Shown: positions 1 to 12,976 of the stretch, in pieces | How positions within the stretch are numbered: position 1 is the first letter of the stretch | Layout: every line of letters starts with the position of its first letter | Source: Azolla caroliniana | Lineage: Eukaryota > Plantae > Polypodiophyta | Length of the DNA: 64,000 nt | Direction of reading: 5' to 3' | Assembly: GCA_043228905.1 (NCBI GenBank) | Contig: JBHGNT010000003.1 | Span: 19,468,001 to 19,532,000 of the forward strand | Program-made: the position numbers and the translations under genes | Notes under the pieces: generated by a model | What the model was told of the DNA's origin: nothing | Seen by the model: the letters and a program-made list of their open reading frames with translations, nothing else | Database searches by the model: none

Positions 1-3000
1 GTCCTGGATGATATGCATCCCTAGTATTTGCCTCGCCGGACCCAGGTCCTTCATTGAGAAGGTTCGGTGAAGAGCCTTCTTCAGCATCCGTATCTTGACC
101 TGGTCCCGTCCGACGATCAACATGTCGTCCACGTACAGGAGGAGTATTAGAAAGTCTCCTCCTTCGAACTTCTTTACAAACACGCAGTGGTCGGACTGCG
201 TTTTGAGGTACCCTTCGTCGGTCATGAAGGAGTCGAACTTCCGGTACCATTGCCGGGGGGCCTGCTTCAGTCCGTAGAGGCTCTTCTTCAACCGGCATAC
301 CAGGTGCTCCTTCCCTTTCTTCTCGAATCCTTCCGGTTGCTGCATGTAGATCTCTTCTTCGAGGTCACCGTGAAGGAATGCCGTCTTCACGTCCATCTGT
401 TCTACCTCGAGGTCCATGCTTGCCGCTATGCTCAGCACCGTCCGGATGGAGGTCATCTTCACTACCGGGGCAAATATCTCGTCGAAGTCGACGCCCTTCT
501 TCTGCTGAAACCCCTTCACCACGATCCTGGCTTTGTATCTCGGGGGGTTTCCGGCATCTCCCGGTTTCAGCTTGAACACCCATTTGTTTCGAAGTGCCCG
601 CTTTCCTTTCGGCAACTCCACAAGTTCATATGTGTGGTTCTCATGCAGGGAATCCATCTCGTCCTGCATGGCACTCAACCACCTGCGGCTCTGGGTGTCA
701 TGCTTTGCTTCTTCAAAGCTCTCCGGCTCCCCCTCGTCGGTTAGCAGCACGTGCTCTGGTTCCGGAAATCTCCGGGGGGCCCTTCTCTCTCTTAGAGGAT
801 ATCTCCGTTCCGGAGCTTCGGTAACCGGTTCTTCCGATTCTTCTTCATCCGAATCCATTTCGGGATCGGGGCCGGTTCCGGTATCATTTTCATCTTCTTC
901 GGCCGGTTCTGTTTCTTCACCGTCTTCGGCCGGATCCTCGAGTGCTAACCGGTCCCTTGCCGGTCGGGACTGCTCCTCGTTGAGTTGATCCTCACCGGTC
1001 GACTTTGAGCTCTTCATCTTCTTCTCCGACTCCCAGTCGGCGAGTGTCTTGTCCTCCATGAAGATGATGTCTCGACTCCTGAATATCTTCTTGTCGACCG
1101 GGTCCCATACTCGGTAGCCGAACTCATCGTCGCCGTAACCGAGGAATATGCATGGCCGGGTCTTTGGATCTAGCTTTCCTCTCCGGTCCTTTGCCACATG
1201 CACGTATGCGAGACACCCGAACACCTTCAGATGCCGGTAGGACACTTCCTTACCGGTCCACACTTTCTGCGGCGTGTCTCCGTCCAAAGGTACTGAGGGT
1301 GATCTGTTTATCACGTATGTCGCCGTCGACATTGCCTCAGCCCAAAACCCCTTGGGTAATTTCGCATGCGCCAGCATACTCCGGACCCTCTCCATTATGG
1401 TCCGGTTCATCCTCTCGGCCAGCCCGTTTAGTTCCGGCGTCTTCGGCACAGTAAACTCGAGCCGGATTCCCTTCAAGCGACAATACTCCTGGAACTGCCC
1501 CCGGTATTCCCCTCCGTTATCCGCTCGTATCGCTTTCAGCTTCTTGCCGGATTCCCTTTCCACTCTCGCGTGGAGTTCTTTGAAGACGCACAACACTTGG
1601 TCCTTTGTCTTCAACGGTGCCGTCCACAGCTTCCGGCTGTGATCATCAATGAATGTTACGAAATACTGGGCTCCACCATGTGACTTCGTTTCTACCTGAC
1701 ACACATCAGTGTGCACCAACTCTAATGGTGCGCTACGTCTCGTCGGTGGCCTTGAATGGAAGGAGGTTCGGTTCTGCTTACCGGCCAGGCAATCGGTGCA
1801 CTTCTCCAGGTGTACTTGCTTCACTGGAATAAGGTTGTCTTCTGCAAGCCTCTTCATCCCCTTCTCACTCATGTGGCACAGTCTTTTGTGCCACAGCTCA
1901 CCGGCAGTGTCGACTGCCACATTCAGCTCTTCCGGACATAACCGGGCATTCATTAGGTACAGTGTGTTGTCTTTCCGGGCCCGAGCCACTATCAGGCTCC
2001 CCTTGCTGAACTTCATTACGCCGTTCCGGATGCTACCTGTGTAGCCTTCATCGTCTAGCCTCCCGGCCGAAATCAGGTTCAATCGAACCTCCGGAACGTG
2101 TCGGACATCCTTCAGCAGCATTTTGCATCCGGTCGGGGTTGTCAACCACACGTCTCTGATGCCGGCAATCCGGCACGTACCTTCATTTCCCATCCGAACA
2201 CAGCCATGCTCACCGGCTGTGTAGGATGAGAAGTATCTTCTCTCCGGGGTCAGGTGGAACGATGCTCCGGAATCGACCACCCAGGTCGTCTCATCGCCGG
2301 CAATGTTTAGTTCACCTTCTTCGGTGATGAGCATGATTTCTTCCTCACTTGCCGCGAGTGCCGTCGTTCCTTTCCGGTCCTGCCCTCGCCGATCCGAACC
2401 TCTCCGGTCCGTGACTCCCCGGTATGCACCGTTTCTCTCCGGTGACTTCTTCGAATCGGTGTCGTCGGCTCCGTTGTCTTTTCGGTAATGCCGACAATTC
2501 TTTCGGAAGTGCCCCGGCTTCCCACAGTGGAAGCATGTGGGCCTTCCTCTTGACTGCGACCGGGTCCCCGACTTCTCCCGTCTTTGCGGACTCCGGTTCC
2601 ATTGTCTTCCCCGATCCGATTCGGTAAGCAGCGCCTTCGAGTCGGAGGCCGGTTCTTTATCTCTCCGACGCGCTTCTTCGTTCAAAATACTTGTCTTTAC
2701 AGTTTGTAAGGACAAGTTATCTTCGGTGCAGAAGGTGCTGAGAGTCACCACCAAGTTCTCCCAGCTTTCCGGCAATGTACACATCAGGATGATGGCTTGC
2801 ATTGCATCCTCCAACGGGAACTTGATCGCCGCAAGCTGATTCACGAATCCCATGAACGTGCTTACGTGTTCCACCATACTCTCGCCGTCCCGGTACTTGA
2901 GATTCACTATCTTCCTCATCAGGGAGGTCCGGTTCAATGCGTTCTTCCTCTCATAGAGGCCCGACAGCTTCCGCCACATCTCATATGCATTGGTGTCGTT

Positions 3001-3231
3001 CGCCACATGTTGTAGAACGCTCACGTCTACGTATTGCCGAATGGTTGCAACGGCTTTCCGGTTCAGAAGCCTCCATTCCGACTCAAGTACCCCCTTCGGT
3101 ATTTCCGACCTGTCAATCGGTTCGTACAGGTCCCGAACAATCAGAAGATCCTCCATCTTGATCTTCCAGTCGGCGTAATTCTGCGCATTCAGCACCATCA
3201 TCCCCGGCTGCCCGCTGCCGTCGCCTTCCAT
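1..3231 (-). CDS. copia gag-pol polyprotein (gag, CCHC knuckle, protease, integrase, RT N-terminal part), partial
   Basis: ATG at 3231 (MEGDGSGQPG...). Collinear with 59743-63816. The ORF track lists no stop-terminated ORF from this ATG, consistent with a frame open to the window edge. Confidence 0.85.
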   Translation of the reverse strand, partial: MEGDGSGQPGMMVLNAQNYADWKIKMEDLLIVRDLYEPIDRSEIPKGVLESEWRLLNRKAVATIRQYVDVSVLQHVANDTNAYEMWRKLSGLYERKNALNRTSLMRKIVNLKYRDGESMVEHVSTFMGFVNQLAAIKFPLEDAMQAIILMCTLPESWENLVVTLSTFCTEDNLSLQTVKTSILNEEARRRDKEPASDSKALLTESDRGRQWNRSPQRREKSGTRSQSRGRPTCFHCGKPGHFRKNCRHYRKDNGADDTDSKKSPERNGAYRGVTDRRGSDRRGQDRKGTTALAASEEEIMLITEEGELNIAGDETTWVVDSGASFHLTPERRYFSSYTAGEHGCVRMGNEGTCRIAGIRDVWLTTPTGCKMLLKDVRHVPEVRLNLISAGRLDDEGYTGSIRNGVMKFSKGSLIVARARKDNTLYLMNARLCPEELNVAVDTAGELWHKRLCHMSEKGMKRLAEDNLIPVKQVHLEKCTDCLAGKQNRTSFHSRPPTRRSAPLELVHTDVCQVETKSHGGAQYFVTFIDDHSRKLWTAPLKTKDQVLCVFKELHARVERESGKKLKAIRADNGGEYRGQFQEYCRLKGIRLEFTVPKTPELNGLAERMNRTIMERVRSMLAHAKLPKGFWAEAMSTATYVINRSPSVPLDGDTPQKVWTGKEVSYRHLKVFGCLAYVHVAKDRRGKLDPKTRPCIFLGYGDDEFGYRVWDPVDKKIFRSRDIIFMEDKTLADWESEKKMKSSKSTGEDQLNEEQSRPARDRLALEDPAEDGEETEPAEEDENDTGTGPDPEMDSDEEESEEPVTEAPERRYPLRERRAPRRFPEPEHVLLTDEGEPESFEEAKHDTQSRRWLSAMQDEMDSLHENHTYELVELPKGKRALRNKWVFKLKPGDAGNPPRYKARIVVKGFQQKKGVDFDEIFAPVVKMTSIRTVLSIAASMDLEVEQMDVKTAFLHGDLEEEIYMQQPEGFEKKGKEHLVCRLKKSLYGLKQAPRQWYRKFDSFMTDEGYLKTQSDHCVFVKKFEGGDFLILLLYVDDMLIVGRDQVKIRMLKKALHRTFSMKDLGPARQILGMHIIQD

Positions 3232-3261
3232 TTTCTGCAGCAACCTTGCTCTGATACCAAT

Positions 3262-3868
3262 TGATGAAAAATCGATCAACACTTTCCAAACTTCACCACT
3301 CGGCCACAACCAAGGAAACACACGAATCGTTGTTGCAGAAAATAGGAAATGAGAAAAATAGAGTGGACACACGATTTAACGTGGAAAACCCTGTACGGGG
3401 AAAACCACGGGAGTCCAAGACTCCAAACCAACACTATACACAGAGAAGTATACAATGGCAAGCTGCAAGGCGACGACCTTGAGCTCGCTGTCCTCGCCAC
3501 AGGCGGCGGAAATACACAGAGGCGTCGACCTCTTCCTCTCCCTCTCACGCTCTATCTCTCTCACGGCTGCTCTCACTTCACTCCTCTTGAGTGGAAAAAC
3601 AGAAAAATGATAAGCAACATTAAAACCAATTGCCCTAAGTCATATTTATACGTATATGACTTTGGGGCTATTTACAACTATAGCCTCAGGGGCCCTTAGC
3701 AAACATATTCACGGATATGTCCCTGCATCCGGATCTCTCCCCGGGTACATTCGTCATCCGGCTCCGAAACCGGGGTCTTCATCATCCGGTTCCGAAACCG
3801 AAACCGGGCTCGTCGGCATTCATCTCCGACATCCGACCATCCCATCCGAAGGGACCGTAATCCCAACA
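3262..3868 (-). repeat. 5' LTR of the copia element
   Basis: TG...CA ends, adjacent to the PBS, homologous to LTR 58935-59711. Confidence 0.9.
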
Positions 3869-6456
3869 TGGTCTATCTCGACGTCGCCGATCTTGACTCG
3901 CACGTTTGGGCAGGCCCCGTGTAGTTCCTCGGTGGCGCGCGTCGCCGCCCGTATCTTCCACCCGTGCTTGGTGTTGATCGGCCATTTCCCCTTCTTGTAG
4001 AAGTCCATGGACATCAGGTTTATTTCCGAACCGTGGTCCACCAACGCCACCACCGGTTCCTGAACATCTCCGATCTTCACCGGGGTTTCCGTGGTCGCTG
4101 GGGCCCAGTGTGGCCTCGAATAGTGGCTCTCTGCCCACTCGTATTCCAGCGCCATGTCCTCTATGTGCGTCGTCCGCACCTCCACCGGCCTTTCCGGTTC
4201 TGTCTCCGTCGACAGCCTCTTCCTCTTCACCAAGTCTACGATGGAGTCGTGGAACTCCTTCTTGGCGATTCCAAGCACCTCCCGCAACGACAGTTCCACC
4301 TTGCTGTCGAGGATTCGTTCTTCCAGGACCTTTTGTAGGTCCGTGGTCCTTTCGATCTCCGTGCCCAACCGGTATCCGCCCTTCTTGTGGTTATCCCGGG
4401 CACTGGTCTCACCGGCCTCGTTCCGTTTCGGCCCGAATCGGGTTTCGTATCTCTGTGAGGGTCCAGCCCCTCCGGTTTTACCTACCCATTTGTCTTCAAC
4501 CAGAGCCTCGTAGTTCTGGCAAGCTGCTTCGACGAAACCCGTCTTTTCTTCGACCGGGTCACTCCACCCGGTTACCTCCTGGACCCGCTTCTCCGCGCAG
4601 TTAGTCGGGCACCGGCGAGGCCTTCCAGCATCGTCGGCCAGAACCCGGCTTTGCTCTCCTTCCGGGCATTGTTGCCTCCAACCCGAATACCGGCTAACGC
4701 CGAGTAGTGGACGGTCTCCGCGTGCCGGGCCGCCGCCTCTTCCATCAGCCTTTTCATTCCTCCTCGCCCGTCGTTTCGGTTCAGGGCCCTCCGAGTATCG
4801 CTGGCGTGCACCCGACCTTCCCATAGGTACACTACCCGGCTTCTCAAAGCCTCCGCAAAGTCCCCGTAGTCTTTCCGGATGTGGCTGACCTCGTCGCACC
4901 ACATGCACCTATTTCCTGCCGAAGGCTGTCAGTCACGAGCATGATCGCCGCCTTCCCTCCGAGCCTGGGGGATCTGGAGATCCTTTACTGCCCGTGTCAA
5001 CTCCTCCAAAGTTGTTCCCCCGGACGAGCCTCTGACCACGCCAGTCGAAGCCGAACCGGTTTCGAGCCACTCCCGGGTCTCTTCCCTTCGCGCCTGTGGT
5101 ATCGGTTCGAGCTTCCTTGCTGCGATAGGACCCGCCCCGGTCGCCCCTGTATCAGCCCACTCCCGCCGTTTGTCAAAACGGCCGCAGACTCCTTTTACCG
5201 CCGCCCAATCGGCCGTCAGCCCGTCTTCGGTTTCCAGTAAGGAGACCACTTGCTGCCGATCCCGTGCGTCAACCGATTTGACAAACAGTAGGACACGACT
5301 TGTGTCCAGAACGGTCTGATCGAGCGCCGAAAGGCGCGCAAAGCGTTCCTTAAACTCCCGGAGGAGTACCGACGCATTTATTCCTTTGTTGGGGGACTCC
5401 ACCCACTCCATGAAGCCCTGCTTCAAAAGTCGAAGCGCGTCATCTAGCCCGTATTTCTGTAGGAGTCGTCCTTCGAACTCCTCCCAGGTCCGGCTCTCCG
5501 CCCGGACCTCGAGCACCTCCACATGGATGCCCGGCATCGCCACTCGAGGGAATCCGGCAAGACGCCTCTCTTCCGGAATATCCCTCATTAACATCTCCGC
5601 CCGGTAGGACGCCAAATAACTCGTGGCATCCTTTCCACTGAACCGGCCGATCGTACCGACGATCGCCTCAATAGCCCTGTCAAGGGCGCCGGTGCCCTCG
5701 CGCGCGCTCACTATCTGGTCCACGGCCAAAGCCATGGCCTCTGCAAGATCTGACCCCCTCATCTTCTACTCCTCTGCCGCCTTGTTCACGTCGGGTTCAC
5801 CAAAGATGTCGCGTTACTACGCGCGTGCGTGGAGAAACGAGGCGGGACCACCGGGGTCTTGAACCGAAGAGCAGGTGATAGAAGGGGAAAGAGAAAGAGA
5901 GAGACGCCCGGTTATGTATGAGCAAAGAAACACAGGGACACGGCCCTATCAACGCGGAAGACACGAATGGACACAGAGACAGAGAGACACGAATGTTTGT
6001 ATATTAACGAATGACAAATAAACAACAGAGCACGCGAGCGGTTACAACCGAACAAACCGGCGAACAGATGCCGATGCCTACTCGTCTGCACACGAAAGGG
6101 GATAGGATGGAGGTGCTGCCGGAAGCACACGGGCGTTCCTCGAAGCAGCGCGAGCCTCCCGAAAACCTGCAAAGAAGAGCGATGGAGAACGAACAGAGGA
6201 GAAGCGTTCGGTTTCGGTCCGACAGCACTTCGTCCTCCTCAATGCACGATCCCCTCTCCCCGCGTCTCCCTCTCTCTTATAGCTTCAAGAAGGGAGTCGT
6301 TTCCCTCATTAACTTCCTACCTACCGAATCTAACTACCTAGGATATACCTTTGTACCTAGTTCTCTATTATATACATTAACGGGCGCGCACGCGTGAAGA
6401 GCCGGTTCACGCGCGCTATGCACCGATTGTGCTAAGGGTCGGTTTTCTTCACGACA
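3869..6456 (-). mobile_element. Ty3/gypsy element A (non-chromovirus, tRNA-Trp primed): 5' LTR, gag and protease
   Basis: LTR 5807-6456. PBS at 5785-5802. Gag ORF 4929-5762, zinc knuckle (WCDEVSHIRKD), protease ALVDHGSEINLM. Same family as 51372-58194. Confidence 0.93.
5785..5802 (-). promoter_or_regulatory. primer binding site complementary to the tRNA-Trp 3' end
   Basis: Plus strand TTCACGTCGGGTTCACCA matches the 3' end of plant cytosolic tRNA-Trp(CCA) as recalled. It lies 4 nt from the LTR. Confidence 0.85.
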
Positions 6457-6672
6457 TCGGCTATTTACATACGTAGCCCTCGTGGGGCGCACACTTAGAC
6501 TATTTACAAGTATAGTCACCCGAGTTGGCTATATACCCAATTCAGGTTTCGGCCTCGGTCTATTGGCCTCAGCCGAGTTCGTCATCAACTCGGCTCATGT
6601 TTTCCGACCCTTCGACTGTCGGCTTTCCGAACAGTCAGATCATCCTCCCACTGGAGGGACATATTCCCAACA
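6457..6672 (-). repeat. terminal fragment of a copia-type LTR (host of gypsy A)
   Basis: The minus strand begins TGTTGGGAATATGTCCCTCCAGTGGGA, resembling the other copia LTR starts. It abuts a copia RNase H coding sequence at 6673. Confidence 0.65.
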
Positions 6673-7454
6673 AAAGGCTGAGTACATAGCAACATCAGAG
6701 GCAAGGAAGGAAGCAATTTGGCTGCATTGACTATGAACCGACTTCTCAACAACAAGTCGAATCGACCATCCGGCGTCGAGCATCTACTGCGACTCATAGA
6801 GTGCAATACACCTCATCAATAATCTTGTCTATCATGCGAAGGCAAAGCATATTGAGGTGCGGTATCATCATATCCAAGAACTTGTAACTGAGAAGAAGCT
6901 CGAAGTCTGGAAGATCAACACCGAGGTGAATATCGTCGATTGCCTGACGAAGTCACTCCCATATCAACGCTTCAGAGCATTAAGCGGCCAAGCAAAAGAA
7001 AGCCGAACATGGAGCAGGAGGTTAGGCAGAATACGAACATTATCCTTGTTGACTCGGCTAGATGCCGATTGACTTGTAACTATAGCTTAAGATTAAAATT
7101 GTAATCTAGGTTTATGGGGGAGATAACCCCATACAATTGTAAGTAGAAAGAGCAATCCTTTTACGGGGGAGTTTGTTGGTATAAAAGGCCGACTCCTTTC
7201 AAATTGTATTATTACTAGTGTGAACATGTTCAATAGTTAGGGCTTGAGTATATAAGCTCTAACCTAACATTGTAACAGCGTGTAGAACTTCTTGTACCGA
7301 GTGTCCCAGAGAGAGAAAGAAAACAGAGAATAATGAGAATCACCATTGAAGCTTAACTTCTTGTCTATCTACTCTTCTTGCTACATATCTGTGTATGTTG
7401 TTTCTTGTGCATAAATGACAAGTCCTCATACATACTTCCATACATATTCGAACA
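6673..7454 (+). mobile_element. degenerate copia remnant: RNase H, PPT and 3' LTR
   Basis: AEYIATSEARKEAIWL and RYHHIQELV motifs. PPT GGGGGAGTT followed by TGTTGG at 7174. Right end approximate. Confidence 0.75.
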
Positions 7455-10400
7455 CCATATCACACAAATGGGATGGGTGCAACTCGTCATGGTACCGGAT
7501 CACCGAATGCATCTGGAAGCTCTCACACGCCGACACGAAGTGATGCACATCTCTGTACATTCCCAGCCACTAGTATTTCTCTTTCAACTTCTCAAGCATG
7601 GCCCAGGTTCCCCGATGTCTGGACCAGTGACTCTCGTGAAATTCCGACATGATAGTGCCATGATTAGCTATCCAATTACAATATACATCACTTATAATGT
7701 ATTGTATGTAATGATTTATTGACGTTTTACATATGTGGAGGATTCTTGGTACACCAAGAACAATCAACATTGCACAAACTTTTATAATCCTCTTAAGATG
7801 GTACAAAAGTGATGACAACCAATGCCAATCTATACAAAGTAATGATGGTTTTCAAATATCTGATAGTTCATGGTCTATCGTTTTTTTCCCAATCCTCATT
7901 CAAAATATTGCTATAAAAACATATCTTTCAAGATGGAAGTGTTGTCCCTATTAACTACCGCTTGGTCCTCCTTTGCCACCATCTGGAGTGGTGTGTGGGT
8001 TCGCTTCTTCGGATGCCACCAGATCTTCCTGTCTTGTAGGAAGAACTGGTATGCCTTCTTCTAGACCCGGCTTGTCTCGTCCTTCGTCCACGCTACATCT
8101 TCCATCATCGTGCTTAGCAACCTTCCCATCTGAATCCACAGCTCATCATAGTCTTTCTCGTTGAACTCATTCAAGTCCAGAGTGCTTTGTCTGTTCGTTG
8201 ACAATCGAGCTGACTTGAAGAAGTCCAGAGCATTGCCAGGTCTGGAGAAGTCCACACTGACCTTTTCGTTTCTTCCTTCGCATCCTCCGGACATCCCTTA
8301 ATTGGGATGTTGGCCAAGAATGGCATGGTGATGTCCGAGATGCAGTCCCTTAGCACCTTGTTCATTGCATTCACCATCTGTGCCACCGAATTTGTACCTC
8401 CCTCAGGTAGGGTACACATCCGAACGAAGCTGAGTGGGGTCTGTATCGTCATGATGTCCCTGCTTTTGACGGCTAGTTAGATCTGGTCGTACCCGAAGTA
8501 TAAGTCGTCGACTGAGTAGATAGACCTTCCGGGGAAGGCCTCCATGAACTCATCGATTGTCGGCCTGACCCCTACATTCTGAATGGTCACCTTGTTGACC
8601 AATTGTAGGTCATGAATGAAGCGCAATGTTTTGTTCTTCTTCGGCACCGTGAACCACCGATTCGAATATGGGGCACTCGACGGCTAGAGAATCCCCATAT
8701 TGACTTTCTCCTTGAATAGCTCCATCAACTTCGGGATGTGAGCTTTCGGCACCATAATCGGTTTGACATTCCACAATACATGCGGTACCATGAATATCAC
8801 CATTGCTTCCACAATTGTCGGGTTGACGCACCCCATCTCCTCCGGCGAGAATGCAAAGGCCTTCCCGTGCCTAAACCCGTGTCGATCACCCTCCCGATCT
8901 CCCCGAGGGTGTCATCGAATGAGACTGCCTCCACGGCGCCACTGATCTCGTTGTCGGGGCCTAAGGTTGTGCATGCCTTCAAGCGCCCTTTGACCTACCT
9001 CTTCTCCCAGCCACAGATGTTGATTATGGTACAACCTCTGTTTCCGGAGAACCAAAACTTCCTATCTATAATACAAGTGTGGGGATTCTTCCGGACATCC
9101 GGACTATTGCAGCCCCACACCTTGATAGACCTCTCTAAAACTCCTCTTGGCACTCGGTGCCGAGGGAGTCCCGATTCTTCTCGTGGTTCCGCTGAACCGT
9201 CAAAAATTGGACGGAGTGTCAACCATCCTGGCACTTCACTCTAGCATACCCCGAACCGTTGTCCAACACCTTTGTGTCCATCCGAGCCATCATGGTGTAT
9301 GGTTTGTTGAGGATGACCGGATGCGACGACGTCTCCTGCACGAAGAAATGTTGGTCAATCTCAACATCCCCGACCTTCACCTGGACATTCGAGCACGCCC
9401 CATGAAGCTCTTCCGTGGCGCAAGTCACCGTGCGTATCTTCTAGCCGTACTTCGTGTTGATCGGCCACTTTCCCTTCTTATAGAAGTTCATCGACATCAA
9501 GCTTATTTCTGATCTGTGGTCGATCAACACTACCACCAGCTCCTTTATGTCCTTGATCTGGACCGGGGTCTCCGTTGTCGCCCTTGCCCAGTGTGGCTTC
9601 ATGTAGTGACTATCCGGACATTCTTTTTCCATTGCCACCTCTTCGACGTGGGCCACCTTCACCTTGACCGGCTTCTCCGGCTCCGACTCTGTCGAGAGCC
9701 GTTTCCTCTTTAGGAGGTCGATGATCGAGTCATGGAACTCTTTCTTTGCGATTCCCAGTACTTCTCTTAATGAGAGTTCCACCTAGTTGTCGAGGATCCG
9801 CTCCTCTAAGACCTTCCGTAGGTCGATTTTCTTCTTGATCTCCGAGCTCAAGCGGAAGCTCAAGAATTTCATCCTCTCTTTCTCTTGCGACCCTGCTAGA
9901 GCCCCGTCATTTTTCTTTGGTCTACTCCGGGTGTCGTATCGGTTAGAGGTACCGGCCTTCCCAGCTCTGTTGTCTTCAACCAAAACCTTGTAGTTCTAGC
10001 ACACGGCTTCCATGAAGCCGGTTTTCTCCTCCTTCAGATAGCTCCACCCAGTGACCTCTCGGACCGGCATCTCCGCACGGTCCACTTCTTCCTTCTTCAG
10101 CTTCTTACCGGAGAAGCCTTCTAGTATAACTAGCCAAAATCAGATGTCGATTGCAGAGCCGATGCCCTTTTCTTAGCCTACTCTGATGCCTGCGGAGGCT
10201 GAGTAGTGGATGGCCTCAACATGCCGCGCCGCAGCTTCTTCCATTATCCTCTTCATCCCCCTACGGCCGGTGTTCAGCTCAAGGGGTTTCCAGGTCTCAC
10301 AAGCGTGTACCCGGCCATTCCACAGGTACATGACATTGTTCTTGAGTTCGTCGATAAAATTAGTGCAGTTTTTCCGAACGTGGCCGATAGCGTCACACCA

Positions 10401-12147
10401 CATGCATCCTTGGCCTATCGATGGGCGCCGATCACGCGGTTGGTCGCGGCCTTTCCTCCGGGTCTGAGCAATCTGGAGGTCTCATACCATCTTCATTAGC
10501 TCCTCCAGAGTTGCGCCCCTGGATGGCCCCTTGACCACGTTGGTCGAAGTTGCGCCCGATTCGAGCCACCTTCTTGTTTCTTCCGACCGAGTCAAAATCG
10601 GTTCATCCGACTTCCTCCTAGTAGTCGAGCCGGCCGACAACGAACCCGTGTCATTCCATTCCCGCCGTTGTCAAAACGCCCGCATACTCTTTTGACCACG
10701 GCCCAATCGTCTGTGAGCCCCTTGTTCGTCTCCAAGAGGAGAGCCACCTTCTCCCGATCTAGCGCGTCGATGGACTTGATGAATAGTAGGACATTGTTCG
10801 TATCGAGCACAGTTCGGTCCAACGTCGAGAGCCGAGCGAATCATTTTTCGAACTACTAGAGGAGCACCGATGTATTCCTCCCCTTTCTGGGGCTCTTGAC
10901 CCACTCCATGAACTCTCACTTCGACAACCGAAGTGAGTTGTCGAAACCATACCTTTCAAGGAGCCATCCCTCGAACTCCGTCCAATTCCAATTGTCGGCT
11001 TGGACCTTGAGCACTTCTGCGTGAATGCTTGGCGTTACGACCCGAGGGAATCCGAACAGTCGTCTGTCCTCCGGGATGTCCCTCATTATCATCTTAGCCC
11101 GGTAGGCCTCCAAATAGCTTGTCACGTCCTTCCCATTAAATCATCCTATCGTGCCAACTATCGTTTCTATGGCCCTGGCGAGGCCACTTATACTCTCTCG
11201 CGCATTTACTATACGGTTGACGGCCACCGTCATCGCCTTCGCAAGTTCGCTTCCTCATTTCGAACTCCTTTGCCGCCCCCTTTCACGTCGGGTTTACCAA
11301 ATATGTCGCGGATTTCCACATGGATGTGCTGAAACGGAGCGGGACCACTGGGGTCTCGGACCACGGAGTTGGTGAGGGAAGAAGGATTATCCGGATCGGT
11401 TTCCGAATAACTTCGTCGGATCGCGACCCGAACACGTATCCAGTTTGGACCAGTCTCCTGATGCCGAAGGAAGAGCACACGGGCTCTGACGCGTTCTTAG
11501 TTCCACAGTTGCGCTTGATAGCAAACAAGGAGCTCATGGCTCACACACTCAAGTACACACATGTAAGAGAGAGGGAACAAAGATGAGACCATGGGCAAAG
11601 ACAGAAACCCTAAGAACAACGAGGTAGTCTATTAATTTTTAATAAGAGAATTACAACCGGACTCGGCTGGTAACAGAGCTTCAAGCTCCCCGCAATCACA
11701 CATAGATGTTAGTGAGCCTCCGATCGGGAGCACAAGGGCTACCAACGTGAAGAAGAGGCCTCACAACACAACGACAGAAAACAGAAAACAGAGAATAGAA
11801 ATCTGTAGAGCTCGATCCGGCAACATTTCATTCTCCCCAATCGTGGATCCCAAAACAGTTCAAATCCTCCCCTTTTTATAGTACAAAAGGGAGGTCGTTA
11901 CATCATACATCAAGACAGCCGATTCTCCTGCGATTCTCTCCTCGTTTTCCTCCCTACACACGTTTCATTCCCCCTCTTTATGTGAGACATTAAAGTAACC
12001 ACCTGAATCATATTGCCTACTACTTATTAGTCCTACATATTTACTATTTTTATGTACATTGAAGGCCTTGTTCATGTGCCTCCTTCCACACCCCCGTTTA
12101 CACGCATCTGATCCCTTTTCTTCCTATGGCCAGGATCCTTCACGACA
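7455..12147 (-). mobile_element. degenerate, internally deleted Ty3/gypsy element B (Trp-primed relative of A and I)
   Basis: LTR 11304-12147 (TGTCGTGAAG...CGCGACA). Trp PBS at 11282-11299 with 1 mismatch. Gag, protease, RT and integrase fragments homologous to 51931-57400, with many stops and deletions. Confidence 0.88.
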
Positions 12148-12575
12148 ACGGTTCAGTTTCAAGGCAAAGAAACCAAACCAAATTGTTTATATAAAACAAA
12201 AACCAAATCAAACCGTTTATGAACTCTCAAGTATTTAAACCAAACCATTTAAGAAAAAGTAAACCAAACTATTTAAACCCAAACCGTTTAGGGAAAAGTT
12301 GAAACCAAATCTAACCATTTAATAAAAAATTTAAATCTAACCATATAAGTCAAACTAATTTTAAGTTAAATTTATTAAATCAATAAAAAAAACCATTAAT
12401 TAAACTATTGAGGTTAAAAGAAAAGTTAACTAAAAACCTATAAACCCAAGTTTTAGAACCAAAACCGAACCATTTATCGAAAATCCAAACCATTAATATT
12501 TTTGGGAACCAATAAACCATTAAACCATGGCTTAACGGTTCGGTTCGGTTTGAGCCGAAATCGTGCCCATTGCTA
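12148..12575. mobile_element. hAT-like non-autonomous DNA element (one terminus), interrupted by gypsy B
   Basis: AT-rich with dense AAACC/AACCG subterminal motifs. Ends ...CGGTTCGGTTTGAGCCGAAATCGTGCCCATTGCTA, i.e. TAGCAATGGGCA on the minus strand. The other end is not seen. Confidence 0.55.
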
Positions 12576-12929
12576 TATGTGGGAACATTGTGAAGCAAGC
12601 TTGTATGAGAAATTATGTGGAGATGGGTGAGGCTGGCCCTTGAGGGATAACTCGAAGGAATCACTGACAACATCATCGAAGAAGAAGAGGAGAGAGAATC
12701 GCCTGAAAGGAGCAGAACCAAAGAACCAAATGACAGAATCGAAGAAAATGGTGCGAGAATCACCCGCCGAAACAAAGGAATGATTTGCGACGAAGTCGAA
12801 GAAAATGACGCGAGGATCACCCGCCCGAAGAAATGACCCTCCATTAAAATCATGCAGCGAGGATCACACCACCACCACCACCCAACAAGGCATATTGGCA
12901 AGAGGTATGAGAGGAAGAACAAGCTTTCC

Positions 12930-12934
<5 letters not shown>

Positions 12935-12972
<38 letters not shown>
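12935..12972 (+). repeat. (CT)n microsatellite at the presumed 5' end of the WEB gene
   Basis: Pure TC dinucleotide run. Confidence 0.9.

Positions 12973-12976
<4 letters not shown>

Larger units (their letters stand above)
1..3868 (-). mobile_element. Ty1/copia LTR retrotransposon (Tnt1/Tork-like), 5' part; runs off the left edge of the window
   Basis: LTR 3262-3868 (minus strand TGTTGGGA...CATCA). PBS TGGTATCAGAGC (tRNA-iMet) at 3248-3259. Gag-PR-INT-RT order, near-identical to the element at 58935. Inserted into the protease region of the gypsy at 3869. Confidence 0.95.

Noticed and set aside
95-3264. Many plus-strand ORFs over the left copia (and minus-strand ORFs over D, E and I)
   Set aside because: Antisense shadows of GC-rich gag-pol frames.
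7655-7952. AT-rich insert within the gypsy B integrase
   Set aside because: No TIR, TSD or coding signal could be established.
12380-12934. 184-aa hydrophobic ORF
   Set aside because: Spans a MITE end and a short local duplication, with no recognisable motif.
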